A stretch of 64,000 nt of DNA from Eledone cirrhosa (lineage: Eukaryota), in assembly GCA_964016885.1 (NCBI GenBank), contig OZ024750.1, positions 38,688,001 to 38,752,000 on the forward strand, read 5' to 3'. Positions 11,501-26,800 of the stretch are shown piece after piece (position 1 is the first letter of the stretch; every line of letters begins with the position of its first letter). The notes beneath the pieces are model-generated. The model saw only the letters and a list, made by a program, of their open reading frames with translations. It made no database searches and was not told the DNA's origin. The position numbers and the translations under genes are program-made.

Positions 11501-14500
11501 GTAGGTACAGGACAGTGTCTAGTAATGTAAGTACAGGACAGTGTCTAGTAATGTAGGTACTGGACAGTGTCTAGTATGTAGGTACAGGACAGTGTCTAGT
11601 AGTGTAGGTACAGGACAGTGTCTAGTAGTGTAGGGACTGGACAGTGTCTAGTAATGTAGGTACAGGACAGTGTCTAGTAATGTAGGTACAGGACAGTGAC
11701 TAGTAATGTAGGTACAGGACAGTGTCTAGTAATGTAGGTACTGGACAGTGTCTAGTAATGTAGGTACTGGACAGTGTCTAGTAGTGTAGGTACAGGACAG
11801 TGTCTAGTAATGTAGGTACTGGACAGTGTCTAGTAATGTAGGTACAGGACAGTGTCTAGAAATGTAGGTACTTGACAGTGACTAGTAATGTAGGTACAGG
11901 ACAGTGTCTAGTAATGTAGGTACTGGACAGTGTCTAGTAGTGTAGGTACTGGACAGTGTCTAGTAATGTAGGTACTGGACAGTGTCTAGTAGTGTAGGTA
12001 CAGGACAGTGTCTAGTAATGTAGGTACAGGACAGTGTCTAGTAATGTAGGTACAGGACAGTGACTAGTAATGTAGGTACAGGACAGTGTCTAGTAATGTA
12101 GGTACTTGACAGTGACTAGTAATGTAGGTACAGGATAGTGTCTAGTAATGTAGGTACAGGACAGTGTCTAGTAATGTAGGTACTTGACAGTGACTAGTAA
12201 TGTAGGTACAGGACAGTGACTAGTAATGTAGGTTCAGGACAGTGTCTAGTAATGTAGGTACTTGACAGTGACTAGTAATGTAGGTACAGGACAGTGTCTA
12301 GTAATGTAGGTACTGGACAGTGTCTAGTAATGTAGGTACAGGACAGTGTCTAGTAGTGTAGGTACTTGACAGTGACTAGTAATGTAGGTACAGGTCAGTG
12401 TCTAGTAATGTAGGTACAGGACAGTGTCTAGTAATGTAGGTACTTGACAGTGAGTAGTAATGTAGGTACAGGTCAGTGTCTAGTAATGTAGGTACAGGAC
12501 AGTGTCTAGTAATGTAGGTACAGGACAGTGTCTAGTAATGTAGGTACTGGACAGTGTCTAGTAATGTAGGTACTGGACAGTGTCTAGTAGTGTAGGTACA
12601 GGACAGTGTCTAGTAATGTAGGTACAGGATAGTGTCTAGTAATGTAGGTACAGGATAGTGTCTAGTAATGTAGGTACAGGACAGTGTCTATTAATGTAGG
12701 TACAGGACAGTGACTAGTAATGTAGGTACAGGACAGTGTCTAGTAATGTAGGTACTGGACAGTGTCTAGTAATGTAGGTACAGGACAGTGTCTAGTAATG
12801 TAGGTACTGGACAGTGACTAGTAATGTAGGTACAGGACAGTGTCTAGTAATGTAGGTACTTGACAGTGACTAGTAATGTAGGTACAGGACAGTGTCTAGT
12901 AATGTAGGTACAGGATAGTGTCTAGTAATGTAGGTACAGGATAGTGTCTAGTAATGTAGCTACAGGACAGTGTCTAGTAATGTAGGTACAGGACAGTGTC
13001 TATTAATGTAGGTACTTGACAGTGTCTAGTAATGTAAGTACAGGATAGTGTCTAGTAATGTAGGTACAGGACAGTGTCTAGTAATGTAGGTACTGGACAG
13101 TGACTAGTAGTGTAGGTACAGGACAGTGTCTAGTAATGTAGGTACAGGAAAGTGTCTAGTAATGTAGGTACTTGACAGTGACTAGTAATGTAGGTACAGG
13201 ATAGTGTCTAGTAATGTAGGTACAGGACAGTGTCTAGTAATGTAGGTACAGGACAGTGTCTAGTAATGTAGGTACAGGACAGTGTCTAGTAATGTAGGTA
13301 TAGGACAGTGTCTAGTTGTGTAGGTACAGGACAGTGACTAGTAATGTAGGTACAGGACAGTGTCTAGAAGTGTAGGTACAGGACAGTGTCTAGTAATGTA
13401 GGTACAGGATAGTGTCTAGTAATGTAGGTACTTGACAGTGACTAGTAATGTAGGTACAGGACAGTGTCTAGTAATGTAGGTACTTGACAGTGACTAGTAA
13501 TGTAGGTACAGGATAGTGTCTAGTAATGTAGGTACAGGACAGTGTCTAGTAATGTAGGTACAGCACAGTGTTTAGTAATGTAGGTACAGGACAGTGTCTA
13601 GAAGTGTAGGTACAGGACAGTGTCTAGTAATGTAGGTACAGGATAGTGTCTAGTAATGTAGGTACTTGACAGTGACTAGTAATGTAGGTACAGGACAGTG
13701 TCTAGTAATGTAGGTACAGGACAGTGTCTAGTAATGTAGGTACTTGACAGTGACTAGTAATGTAGGTACAGGACAGTGTCTAGTAATGTAGGTACTTGAC
13801 AGTGACTAGTAATGTAGGTACAGGACAGTGTCTAGTAATGTAGGTACTTGACAGTAACTAGTAATGTAGGTACAGGACAGTGTCTAGTAATGTATGTACT
13901 AGACAGTGTCTAGTAGTGTAAGTACAGGACAGTGTCTAGTAATGTAGGTACAGGATAGTGTCTAGTAATGTAGGTACTTGACAGTGACTAGTAGTGTAGG
14001 TACAGGACAGTGTCTAGTAATGTAGGTACTGGACAGTGTCTAGTAATGTAGGTACAGGACAGTGTCTAGTAATGTAGGTACAGGACAGTGTCTAGTAATG
14101 TAGGTACTTGACAGTGACTAGTAATGTAGGTACTGGACAGTGACTAGTAGAGTACGTACAGGACAGTGTCTAGTAATGTAGGTACAGGACACTGTCTAAT
14201 AGTGTAGGTACAGGACAGTGACTAGTAATGTAGGTACAGGACAGTGTCTAGTAATGTAGGTACAGGAGAGTGTCTAGTAGTGTAGGTACAGGACAGTAAC
14301 TAGTAATGTAGGTACAGGACAGTGTCTAATAATGTAGGTACAGGGCAGTGTCTAGTAACGTAGATACTGGACAGTGACTAGTAATGTAGGTACAGGACAG
14401 TGTCTAATAATGTAGGTACAGGACAGTGTTTAGTAGTGTAGGTACAGGACAGTGTCTAGTAATGTAGGTACAGGACAGTGTCTAGTAATGTAGGTACTGG

Positions 14501-17500
14501 ACAGTGACTAGTAGAGTACGTACAGGACAGTGTCTAGTAATGTAGGTACAGGACAGTGTCTAGTAGTGTAGGTACAGGACAGTGACTAGTAATGTAGGTA
14601 CAGGACAGTGTCTATTAATGTAGGGACTGGAGAGTGACTAGTAATGTAGGTACAGGACAGTGTCTAGTAGAGTAGGTACAGGACAGTGTCTAGTAATGTA
14701 GGTACTGGACAGTGTCTAGTAGTGTAGGTACTGGACAGTGTCTAGTAGTGTAGGTACAGGACAGTGTCTAGTAGTGTAGGTACAGGACAGTGTCTAGTAA
14801 TGTAGGGACTGGACAGTGACTAGTAATGTAGGTACAGGACAGTGTCTAGTCGTGTAGGTACAGGACAGTGTCTAGTAATGTAGGTACTTGACAGTGTCTA
14901 GTAGTGTAGGTACAGGACAGTGTCTAGTAGTGTAGGTACTGGACAGTGTCTAGTAGTGTAGCTACAGGACAGTGTCTAGTAATGTAGGGACTAGACAGTG
15001 ACTAGTAATGTAGGTACAGGACAGTGTCTAGTAATGTAGGTACAGGACAGTGTCTAGTAGTGTAGGTACAGGACAGTGACTAGTAATGTAGGTACAGGAC
15101 AGTGTCTAGTAATGTAGGTACAGGATAGTGTCTAGTAATGTAGGTACAGGACAGTGTCTAGTAGAGTAGGTACAGGACAGTGTCTAGTAAGGTAGGTACT
15201 TGACAGTGACTAGTAATGTAGGTACAGGACAGTGTGTAGTAATGTAGGGACTGGACAGTGACTAGTAATGTAGGTACAGGACAGTGTCTAGTAGAGTAGG
15301 TACAGGACAGTGTCTAGTAATGTAGGTACAGGACAGTGACTAGTAATGTAGGTACAGGACAGTGTCTAGTAATGTAGGTACTGGACAGTGTCTAGTAATG
15401 TAGGTACTGGACAGTGTCTAGTAGTGTAGGTACAGGACAGTGTCTAGTAATGTAGGTACTGGACAGTGTCTAGTAGTGTAGGTACAGGACAGTGTCTAGT
15501 AATGTAGGTACAGGACAGTGTCTAGTAATGTAGGTACAGGACAGTGACTAGTAATGTAGGTACAGGACAGTGTCTAGTAATGTAGGTACTTCACAGTGAC
15601 TAGTAATGTAGGTACAGGATAGTGTCTAGTAATGTAGGTACGGGACAGTGTCTAGTAATGTAGGTACTTGACAGTGACTAGTAATGTAGGTACAGGACAG
15701 TGTCTAGTAATGTAGGTACAGGTCAGTGTCTAGTAATGTAGGTACAGGACAGTGTCTAGTAATGTAGGTACAGGTCAGTGTCTAGTAATGTAGGTACTGG
15801 ACAGTGTCTAGTAATGTAGGTACTGGACAGTGTCTAGTAGTGTAGGTACAGGACAGTGTCTAGTAATGTAGGTACAGGATAGTGTCTAGTAATGTAGGTA
15901 CAGGATAGTGTCTAGTAATGTAGGTACAGGACAGTATCTAGTAATGTAGGTACAGGACAGTGACTAGTAATGTAGGTACAGGACAGTGTCTAGTAATGTA
16001 GGTACTGGACAGTGTCTAGTAATGTAGGTACAGGACAGTGTCTAGTAATGTAGGTACTTGACAGTGACTAGTAATGTAGGTACAGGACATTGTCTAGTAA
16101 TGTATGTACTGGACAGTGACTAGTAATGTAGGTACAGGACAGTGTCTAGTAATGTAGGTACTTGACAGTGACTAGTAATGTAGGTACAGGACAGTGTCTA
16201 GTAATGTAGGTACTTGACAGTGACTAGTAATGTAAGTACAGGATAGTGTCTAGTAATGTAGGTACAGGACAGTGTCTAGTAATGTAGGTACAGGACAGTG
16301 TCTAGTAATGTAGGTACAGGACAGTGTCTAGTAATGTAGGTACTGGACAGTGACTAGTAGTGTAGGTACAGGACAGTGTCTAGTAATGTAGGTACAGGAA
16401 AGTGTCTAGTAATGTAGGTACTTGACAGTGACTAGTAATGTAGGTACAGGATAGTGTCTAGTAATGTAGGTACAGGACAGTGTCTAGTAATGTAGGTACA
16501 GGACAGTGTCTAGTAATGTAGGTACAGGACAGTGTCTAGTAATGTAAGTATAGGACAGTGTCTAGTAGTGTAGGTACAGGACAGTGACTAGTAATGTAGG
16601 TAGAGGACAGTGTCTAGTAATGTAGGTACAGGACAGTGTCTAGTAATGTAGGTACTTGACAGTGACTAGTAATGTAGGTACAGGACAGTGTCTAGTAATG
16701 TGGGTACAGGACCGTGTCTAGTAATGTAGGTACTTGACGGTGACAAGTAATGTAGGTACAGGACAGTGTCTAGTAATGTAGGTAATTGACAGTGACTAGT
16801 AATGTAGGTACAGGATAGTGTCTAGTAATGTAGGTACAGGACAGTGTCTAGTAATGTAGGTACAGGACAGTGTCTAGTAGTGTAGGTACAGGACAGTGTC
16901 TAGTAATGTAGGTACAGGATAGTGTCTAGTAATGTAGGTACTTGACAGTGACTAGTAATGTAGGTACAGGACGGTGTCTAGTAATGTAGGTACATGACAG
17001 TGTCTAGTAATGTAGGTACTTGACAGTGACTAGTATTGTAGGTACAGGACAGTGTCTAGTAATGTAGGTACTTGACAGTGACTAGTAATGTAGGTACAGG
17101 ACAGTGTCTAGTAATGTAGGTACAGGACAGTGTCTAGTAGTGTAGGTACAGGACAGTGTCTAGTAACCTAGGTACAGGATAGTGTCTAGTAATGTAGGTA
17201 CTTGACAGTGACTAGTAATGTAGGTACAGGACAGTGTCTACTAATGTAGGTACTGGACAGTGTCTAGTAGTGTAGGTACAGGACAGTGTCTAGTAATGTA
17301 GGTACAGGACAGTGTCTAGTAATGTAGGTACAGGACAGTGTCTAGTAATGTAGGTACAGGACAGTGTCTAGTAATGTAGGTACTTCACAGTGACTAGTAA
17401 TGTAGGTACAGGACAGTGTCTAGTAATGTAGGTACAGGACAGTGTCTAGTAATGTAGGTATAGGCCAGTGTCTAGTAATGTAGGTACAGGACAGTGTCTA

Positions 17501-20500
17501 GTAATGTAGGTACAGGACAGTGTCTAGTAGTGTAGGTACAGGACAGTGTCTAGTAGTGTAGGTACAGGACAGTGTCTAGTAATGTAGGTACAGGACAGTG
17601 TCTAGTAGTGTAGGTACTTGACAGTGACTAGTAACGTAGGTACAGGACAGTGTCTAGTAATGTATGTACTGGACAGTGTCTAGTAGTGTAGGTACAGGAC
17701 AGTGACTAGTAATGTAGGTACAGGACAGTGTCTAGTAATGTAGGTACAGGACAGTGTCTAGTAATGTAGGTACTTGACAGTGTCTAGTAATGTAGGTACA
17801 GGACAGTGTCTAGTAATGTAGGTACTGGACAGTGTCTAGTAGTGTAGGTACAGGACAGTGTCTAGTAATGTAGGTACTTCACAGTGACTAGTAATGTAGG
17901 TACAGGACAGTGTCTAGTAATGTAGGTACTGGACTGTGTCTAGTAGTGTAGGTACAGGACAGTGTCTAGTAATGTAGGTACTGGACAGTGTCTAGTAGTG
18001 TAGGTACAGGACAGTGTCTAGTAATGTAGGTACTTGACAGTGACTAGTAATGTAGGTACAGCACAGTGTCTAGTAGTGTAGGTACTGGACAGTGCCTAGT
18101 AATGTAGGTACAGGACAGTGTCTAGTAATGTAGGTACTTCACAGTGACTAGTAATGTAGGTACAGGACAGTGTCTAGTAATGTAGGTACTGGACAGTGTC
18201 TAGTAGTGTAGGTACAGGACAGTGTCTAGTAATGTAGGTACTGGACAGTGTCTAGTAGTGTAGGTACAGGACAGTGACTAGTAATGTAGGTACAGGACAG
18301 TGTCTAGTAATGTAGGTACTTGACAGTAACTAGTAATGTAGGTACAGGACAGTGTCTAGTAATGTAGGTACAGGACAGTGTCTAGTAGTGTAGGTACAGG
18401 ACAGTGTCTAGTAGTGTAGGTACAGGACAGTGTCTAGTAGTGTAGGTACTGGACAGTGTCTAGTAGTGTAGGTACAGGACAGTGTCTAGTAATGTAGGTA
18501 CTGGACAGTGACTAGTAATGTAGGTACAGGACAGTGTCTAGTAATGTAGGTACTGGACAGTGACTAGTAATGTAGGTAGAGGACAGTGTCTAGTAGTGTA
18601 GGTACTTGACAGTGACTAGTAATGTAGGTACTTGACAGTGACTAGTAATGTAGGTACAGGACAGTGTCTAGTAGAGTAGGTACAGGACAGTGTCTAGTAA
18701 TGTAGGTACAGGACAGTGTCTAGTAGTGTAGGTACAGGACAGTGACTAGTAATGTAGGTACAGGACAGTGTCTAGTAATGTAGGTACAGGACAGTGTCTA
18801 GTAATGTAGGTACTGGACAGTGTCTAGTAATGTAGGTACTGGACAGTGTCTAGTAGTGTAGGTACAGGACAGTGTCTAGTAATGTAGGTACTGGACAGTG
18901 TCTAGTAATGTAGGTACAGGACAGTGTCTAGAAATGTAGGTACTTGACAGTGACTAGTAATGTAGGTACAGGACAGTGTCTAGTAATGTAGGTACTGGAC
19001 AGTGTCTAGTAGTGTAGGTACTGGACAGTGTCTAGTAATGTAGGTACTGGACAGTGTCTAGTAGTGTAGGTACAGGACAGTGTCTAGTAATGTAGGTACA
19101 GGACAGTGTCTAGTAATGTAGGTACAGGACAGTGACTAGTAATGTAGGTACAGGACAGTGTCTAGTAATGTAGGTACTTGACAGTGACTAGTAATGTAGG
19201 TACAGGATAGTGTCTAGTAATGTAGGTACAGGACAGTGTCTAGTAATGTAGGTACTTGACAGTGACTAGTAATGTAGGTACAGGACAGTGACTAGTAATG
19301 TAGGTTCAGGACAGTGTCTAGTAATGTAGGTACTTGACAGTGACTAGTAATGTAGGTACAGGACAGTGTTTAGTAATGTAGGTACAGGACAGTGTCTAGT
19401 AATGTAGGTACAGGACAGTGTCTAGTAGTGTAGGTACTTGACAGTGACTAGTAATGTAGGTACAGGTCAGTGTCTAGTAATGTAGGTACAGGACAGTGTC
19501 TAGTAATGTAGGTACTTGACAGTGAGTAGTAATGTAGGTACAGGTCAGTGTCTAGTAATGTAGGTACAGGACAGTGTCTAGTAATGTAGGTACAGGACAG
19601 TGTCTAGTAATGTAGGTACTGGACAGTGTCTAGTAATGTAGGTACTGGACAGTGTCTAGTAGTGTAGGTACAGGACAGTGTCTAGTAATGTAGGTACAGG
19701 ATAGTGTCTAGTAATGTAGGTACAGTATAGTGTCTAGTAATGTAGGTACAGGACAGTGTCTATTAATGTAGGTACAGGACAGTGACTAGTAATGTAGGTA
19801 CAGGACAGTGTCTAGTAATGTAGGTACTGGACAGTGTCTAGTAATGTAGGTACAGGACAGTGTCTAGTAATGTAGGTACTGGACAGTGACTAGTAATGTA
19901 GGTACAGGACAGTGTCTAGTAATGTAGGTACTTGACAGTGACTAGTAATGTAGGTACAGGACAGTGTCTAGTAATGTAGGCACTTGACAGTGACTAGTAA
20001 TGTAAGTACAGGATAGTGTCTAGTAATGTAGGTACAGGACAGTGTCTAGTAATGTAGGTACAGGACAGTGTCTAGTAATGTAGGTACAGGACAGTGTCTA
20101 GTAATGTAGGTACTGGACAGTGACTAGTAGTGTAGGTACAGGACAGTGTCTAGTAATGTAGGTACAGGAAAGTGTCTAGTAATGTAGGTACTTGACAGTG
20201 ACTAGTAATGTAGGTACAGGATAGTGTCTAGTAATGTAGGTACAGGACAGTGTCTAGTAATGTAGGTACAGGACAGTGTCTAGTAATGTAGGTACAGGAC
20301 AGTGTCTAGTAATGTAGGTATAGGACAGTGTCTAGTTGTGTAGGTACAGGACAGTGACTAGTAATGTAGGTAGAGGACAGTGTCTAGTAATGTAGGTACA
20401 GGACAGTGTCTAGTAATGTAGGTACTTGACAGTGACTAGTAATGTAGGTACAGGACAGTGTCTAGTAATGTAGGTACAGGACAGTGTCTAGTAATGTAGG

Positions 20501-20800
20501 TACTTGACAGTGACTAGTAATGTAGGTACAGGACAGTGTCTAGTAATGTAGGTACTTGACAGTGACTAGTAATATAGGTACAGGATAGTGTCTAGTAATG
20601 TAGGTACAGGACAGTGTCTAGTAATGTAGGTACAGCACAGTGTTTAGTAATGTAGGTACAGGACAGTGTCTAGAAGTGTAGGTACAGGACAGTGTCTAGT
20701 AATGTAGGTACAGGATAGTGTCTAGTAATGTAGGTACTTGACAGTGACTAGTAATGTAGGTACAGGACAGTGTCTAGTAATGTAGGTACAGGACAGTGTC
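5900..20800 (+). repeat. Large imperfect higher-order duplication: ~5900-13850 vs ~13850-20800, offset stepping 7953, 7485, 7072, 7020, 7072
   Basis: CTAGAC 5946/13899 and GGGCAGT 6390/14343 (7953). ACCTAGG 9681/17166 and GCCTAG 10609/18094 (7485). GAAATG 11859/18931, TGAGTAGT 12451/19523 and GAAGTG 13601/20673 (7072). TCTAGTTGTG 13311/20331 (7020). All offsets are whole units once the three 1-bp deletions are counted. Confidence 0.88.
11395..11625 (+). repeat. 77-bp trimer (26+26+25) repeated three times, each carrying a 1-bp deletion unit (CTAGTATG)
   Basis: TATG deletion site at 11421, 11498 and 11575 (spacing 77), each preceded by a TGGAC unit. Confidence 0.93.
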
Positions 20801-23800
20801 TAGTAATGTAGGTACACTTGACAGTGACTAGTAATGTAGGTACAGGACAGTGTCTAGTAATGTAGGTACTTGACAGTGACTAGTAATGTAGGTACAGGAC
20901 AGTGTCTAGTAATGTAGGTACAGGACAGTGTCTAGTAGTGTAGGTACAGGACAGTGTCTAGTAATGTAGGTACAGGATAGTGTCTAGTAATGTAGGTACT
21001 TGACAGTGACTAGTAATGTAGGTACAGGACAGTGTCTAGTAATGTAGGTACTGGATAGTGTCTAGTAGTGTAGGTACAGGACAGTGTCTAGTAATGTAGG
21101 TACAGGACAGTGTCTAGTAATGTAGGTACAGGACAGTGTCTAGTAATGTAGGTACAGGACAGTGTCTAGTAATGTAGGTACTTGACAGTGACTAGTAATG
21201 TAGGTACTTGACAGTGACTAGTAATGTAGGTACAGGACAGTGTCTAGTAATGTATGTACTGGACAGTGTCTAGTAGTGTAGGTACAGGACAGTGACTAGT
21301 AATGTAGGTACAGGACAGTGTCTAGTAATGTAGGTACAGGACAGTGTCTAGTAATGTAGGTACTTGACAGTGTCTAGTAATGTAGGTACAGGACAGTGTC
21401 TAGTAATGTAGGTACTGGACAGTGTCTAGTAGTGTAGGTACAGGACAGTGTCTAGTAATGTAGGTACTTGACAGTGACTAGTAATGTAGGTACAGCACAG
21501 TGTCTAGTAGTGTAGGTACTGGACAGTGTCTAGTAATGTAGGTACAGGACAGTGTCTAGTAATGTAGGTTCTTCACGGTGACTAGTAATGTAGGTACAGG
21601 ACAGTGTCTAGTAATGTAGGTACTGGACAGTGTCTAGTAGTGTAGGTACAGGACAGTGTCTAGTAATGTAGGTACTGGACAGTGTCTAGTAGTGTAGGTA
21701 CAGGACAGTGACTAGTAATGTAGGTACAGGACAGTGTCTAGTAATGTAGGTACTTGACAGTAACTAGTAATGTAGGTACAGGACAGTGTCTAGTAATGTA
21801 GGTACAGGACAGTGTCTAGTAATGTAGGTACAGGACAGTGTCTAGTAATGTAGGTACTTGACAGTGTCTAGTAATGTAGGTATAGGACAGTGTCTAGTAG
21901 TGTAGGTACAGGACAGTGTCTAGTAGTGTAGGTACTGGACAGTGTCTAGTAATGTAGGTACAGGACAGTGTCTAGTAATGTAGGTACAGGACAGTGACTA
22001 GTAATGTAGATACAGGACAGTGTCTAGTAATGTAGGTACTGGACAGTGTCTAGTAATGTAGATACTGGACAGTGTCTAGTAGTGTAGGTACAGGACAGTG
22101 TCTAGTAATGTAGGTGCTGGACAGTGTCTAGTAGTGTAGGTACTGGACAGTGTCTAGTAATGTAGGTACTGGACAGTGTCTAGTAGTGTAGGTACAGGAC
22201 AGTGTCTAGTAATGTAGGTACAGGACAGTGTCTAGTAATGTAGGTACTTGACAGTGACTAGTAATGTAGGTACAGGATAGTGTCTAGTAATGTAGGTACA
22301 GGACAGTGTCTAGTAATGTAGGTACTTGACAGTGACTAGTAATGTAGGTACAGCACAGTGTCTAGTAATGTAGGTACTGGACAGTGTCTAGTAGTGTAGG
22401 TACAGGACAGTGTCTAGTAATGTAGGTACTGGACAGTGTCTAGTAGTGTAGGTACAGGACACTGTCTAGTAATGTAGGTACAGGACAGTGTCTAGTAATG
22501 TAGGTACTTGACAGTGACTAGTAATGTAGGTACAGGACAGTGTCTAGTAATGTAGGTACAGGACAGTGTCTAGTAATGTAGGTACAGGACAGTGACTATT
22601 AGAGTACGTACAGGACAGTGACAAGTAGAGTACGTACAGGACAGTGTCTAGTAGTGTAGGTACAGGACAGTGTCTAGTAATGTAGGTACAGGACAGTGTC
22701 TAGTAGTGTAGGTACAGGACAGTGACTAGTAATTTAGGTACAGGACAGTGTCTAGTAATGTAGGTACTTGACAGTAACTAGTAATGTAGGTACAGGACAG
22801 TGTCTTGTAATGTAGGTACAGGACAGTGTCTAGTAATGTAGGTACAGGATAGTGTCTAGTAATGTAGGTACAGGACAGTGTCTAGTAGTGTAGGTACAGG
22901 ACAGTGTCTAGTAATGTAGGTACAGGATAGTGTCTAGTAATGTAGGTACTTGACAGTGACTAGTAATGTAGGTACAGGACAGTGTCTAGTAATGTAGGTT
23001 CAGGACAGTGTCTAGTAGTGTAGGTACAGGACAGTGTCTAGTAATGTAGGTACAGGATAGTGTCTAGTAATGTAGGTACTTGACAGTGACTAGTAATGTA
23101 GGTACAGGACAGTGTCTAGTAATGTACGTACGGGACAGTGTCTAGTAGTGTAGGTACAGGACAGTGTCTAGTAATGTAGGTACAGGACAGTGTCTAGTAA
23201 TGTAGGTACAGGACAGTGTCTAGTAATGTAGGTACAGGACAGAGTCTAGTAATGTAGGTACTTGACAGTGACTAGTAATGTAGGTACAGGACAGTGTCTA
23301 GTAATGTAGGTACAGGACAGTGTCTAGTAATGTAGGTATAGGCCAGTGTCTAGTAATGTAGGTACAGGACAGTGTCTAGTAATGTAGGTACAGGACAGTG
23401 TCTAGTAGTGTAGGTACAGGACAGTGTCTAGTAGTGTAGGTACAGGACAGTGTCTAGTAATGTAGGTACAGGACAGTGTCTAGTAGTGTAGGTACTTGAC
23501 AGTGACTAGTAATGTAGGTACAGGACAGTGTCTAGTAATGTATGTACTGGACAGTGTCTAGTAGTGTAGGTACAGGACAGTGACTAGTAATGTAGGTACA
23601 GGACAGTGTCTAGTAATGTAGGTACAGGACAGTGTCTAGTAATGTAGGTACTTGACAGTGTCTAGTAATGTAGGTACAGGACAGTGTCTAGTAATGTAGG
23701 TACTTGACAGTGTCTAGTAGTGTAGGTACAGGACAGTGTCTAGTAATGTAGGTACTTCACAGTGACTAGTAATGTAGGTACAGGACAGTGTCTAGTAATG

Positions 23801-26800
23801 TAGGTACTGGACTGTGTCTAGTAGTGTAGGTACAGGACAGTGTCTAGTAATATAGGTACTGGACAGTGTCTGGTAGTGTAGGTACAGGACAGTGTCTAGT
23901 AATGTAGGTACTTGACAGTGACTAGTAATGTAGGTACAGCACAGTGTGTAGTAGTGTAGGTACTGGACAGTGTCTAGTAATGTAGGTACAGGACAGTGTC
24001 TAGTAATGTAGGTACTTCACAGTGACTAGTAATGTAGGTACAGGACAGTGTCTAGTAATGTAGGTACTGGACAGTGTCTAGTAGTGTAGGTACAGGACAG
24101 TGTCTAGTAATGTAGGTACTGGACAGTGTCTAGTAGTGTAGGTACAGGACAGTGACTAGTAATGTAGGTACAGGACAGTGTCTAGTAATGTAGGTACTTG
24201 ACAGTAACTAGTAATGTAGGTACAGGACAGTGTCTAGTAATGTAGGTACAGGACAGTGTCTAGTAATGTAGGTACAGGACAGTGTCTAGTAATGTAGGTA
24301 CTTGACAGTGTCTAGTAATGTAGGTATAGGACAGTGTCTAGTAATGTAGGTACAGGACAGTGTCTAGTAATGTAGGTACAGGACAGTGACTAGTAATGTA
24401 GATACAGGACAGAGTCTAGTAATGTAGGTACAGGACAATGTCTAGTAATGTAGGTACAGGACAGTGTCTAGTAGTGTAGGTACAGGACAGTGTCTAGTAA
24501 TGTAGGTGCTGGACAGTGTCTAGTAGTGTAGGTACTGGACAGTGTCTAGTAATGTAGGTACTGGACAGTGTCTAGTAGTGTAGGTACAGGACAGTGTCTA
24601 GTAATGTAGGTACAGGACAGTGTCTAGTAATGTAGGTACTTGACAGTGACTAGTAATGTAGGTACAGGATAGTGTCTAGTAATGTAGGTACAGGACAGTG
24701 TCTAGTAATGTAGGAACTTGACAGTGACTAGTAATGTAGGTACAGGACAGTGTCTAGTAATGTAGGTACTGGACAGTGTCTAGTAGTGTAGGTACAGGAC
24801 AGTGTCTAGTAATGTAGATACTGGACAGTGTCTAGTAGTGTAGATACAGGACACTGTCTAGTAATGTAGGTAGAGGACAGTGTCTAGTAATGTAGGTACT
24901 TGACAGTGACTCGTAATGTAGGTACAGGACAGTGTCTAGTAATGTAGGTACAGGACAATGTCTAGTAATGTAGGTACAGGACAGTGACTATTAGAGTACG
25001 TACAGGACAGTGACTAGTAGAGTACGTACAGGACAGTGTCTAGTAGTGTAGGTACAGGACAGTGTCTAGTAATGTAGGTACAGGATAGTGTCTAGTAATG
25101 TAGGTACAGGACAGTGTCTAGTAATGTAGGTACTTGACAGTGACTAGTAATGTAGGTACAGCACAGTGTCTAGTAATGTAGGTACTGGACAGTGTCTAGT
25201 AGTGTAGGTACAGGACAGTGTCTAGTAATGTAGGTACTGGACAGTGTCTAGTAGTGTAGGTACAGGACACTGTCTAGTAATGTAGGTACAGGACAGTGTC
25301 TAGTAATGTAGGTACTTGACAGTGACTAGTAATGTAGGTACAGGACAGTGTCTAGTAATGTAGGTACAGGACAGTGTCTAGTAATGTAGGTACAGGACAG
25401 TGACTATTAGAGTACGTACAGGACAGTGACTAGTAGAGTACGTACAGGACAGTGTCTAGTAGTGTAGGTACTGGACAGTGTCTAGTAGTGTAGGTACAGG
25501 ACAGTGTCTAGTAATGTAGGTACAGGACAGTGTCTAGTAGTGTAGGTACAGGACAGTGACTAGTAATGTAGGTACAGGACAGTGTCTAGTAATGTAGGTA
25601 CTTGACAGTGACTAGTAATGTAGGTACAGGACAGTGTCTTGTAATGTAGGTACAGGACAGTGTCTAGTAATGTAGGTACAGGATAGTGTCTAGTAATGTA
25701 GATACAGGACAGTGTCTAGTAGTGTAGGTACAGGACAGTGTCTAGTAATGTAGGTACAGGATAGTGTCTAGTAATGTAGGTACTTGACAGTGACTAGTAA
25801 TGTAGGTACAGGACAGTGTCTAGTAATGTAGGTACAGGACAGTGTCTAGTAGTGTAGGTACAGGACAGCGTCTAGTAATGTAGGTACAGGATAGTGTCTA
25901 GTAATGTAGGTACTTGACAGTGACTAGTAATGTAGGTACAGGACAGTGTCTAGTAATGTAGGTACTGGACAGTGTCTAGTAGTGTAGGTACAGGACAGTG
26001 TCTAGTAATGTAGGTACAGGACAGTGTCTAGTAATGTAGGTACAGGACAGTGTCTAGTAATGTAGGTACAGGACAGTGTCTAGTAATGTAGGTACTTGAC
26101 AGTGACTAGTAATGTAGGTACAGGACAGTGTCTAGTAATGTAGGTACAAGACAGTGTCTAGTAATGTAGGTATAGGCCAGTGTCTAGTAATGTAGGTACA
26201 GGACAGTGTCTAGTAATGTAGGTACAGGACAGTGTCTAGTAGTGTAGGTACAGGACAGTGTCTAGTAGTGTAGGTACAGGACAGTGTCTAGTAATGTAGG
26301 TACAGGACAGTGTCTAGTAGTGTAGGTACTAGACAGTGACTAGTAATGTAGGTACAGGACAGTGTCTAGTAATGTATGTACTGGACAGTGTCTAGTAGTG
26401 TAGGTACAGGACAGTGACTAGTAATGTAGGTACAGGACAGTGTCTAGTAATGTAGGTACAGGACAGTGTCTCGTAATGTAGGTACAGGACAGTGTCTAGT
26501 AATGTAGGTACTTGACAGTGTCTAGTAGTGTAGGTACAGGACAGTGACTAGTAATGTAGGTACAGGACAGTGTCTAGTAATGTAGGTACAGGACAGTGTC
26601 TAGTAATGTAGGTACAGGACAGTGTCTAGTAATGTAGGTACAGGACAGTGTCTAGTAATGTAGGTACAGGACAGTGTCTAGTAATGTATGTACTGGACAG
26701 TGTCTAGTAGTGTAGGTACAGGACAGTGACTAGTAATGTAGGTACAGGACAGTGTCTAGTAATGTAGGTACTTGACAGTGTCTAGTAGTGTAGGTACAGG

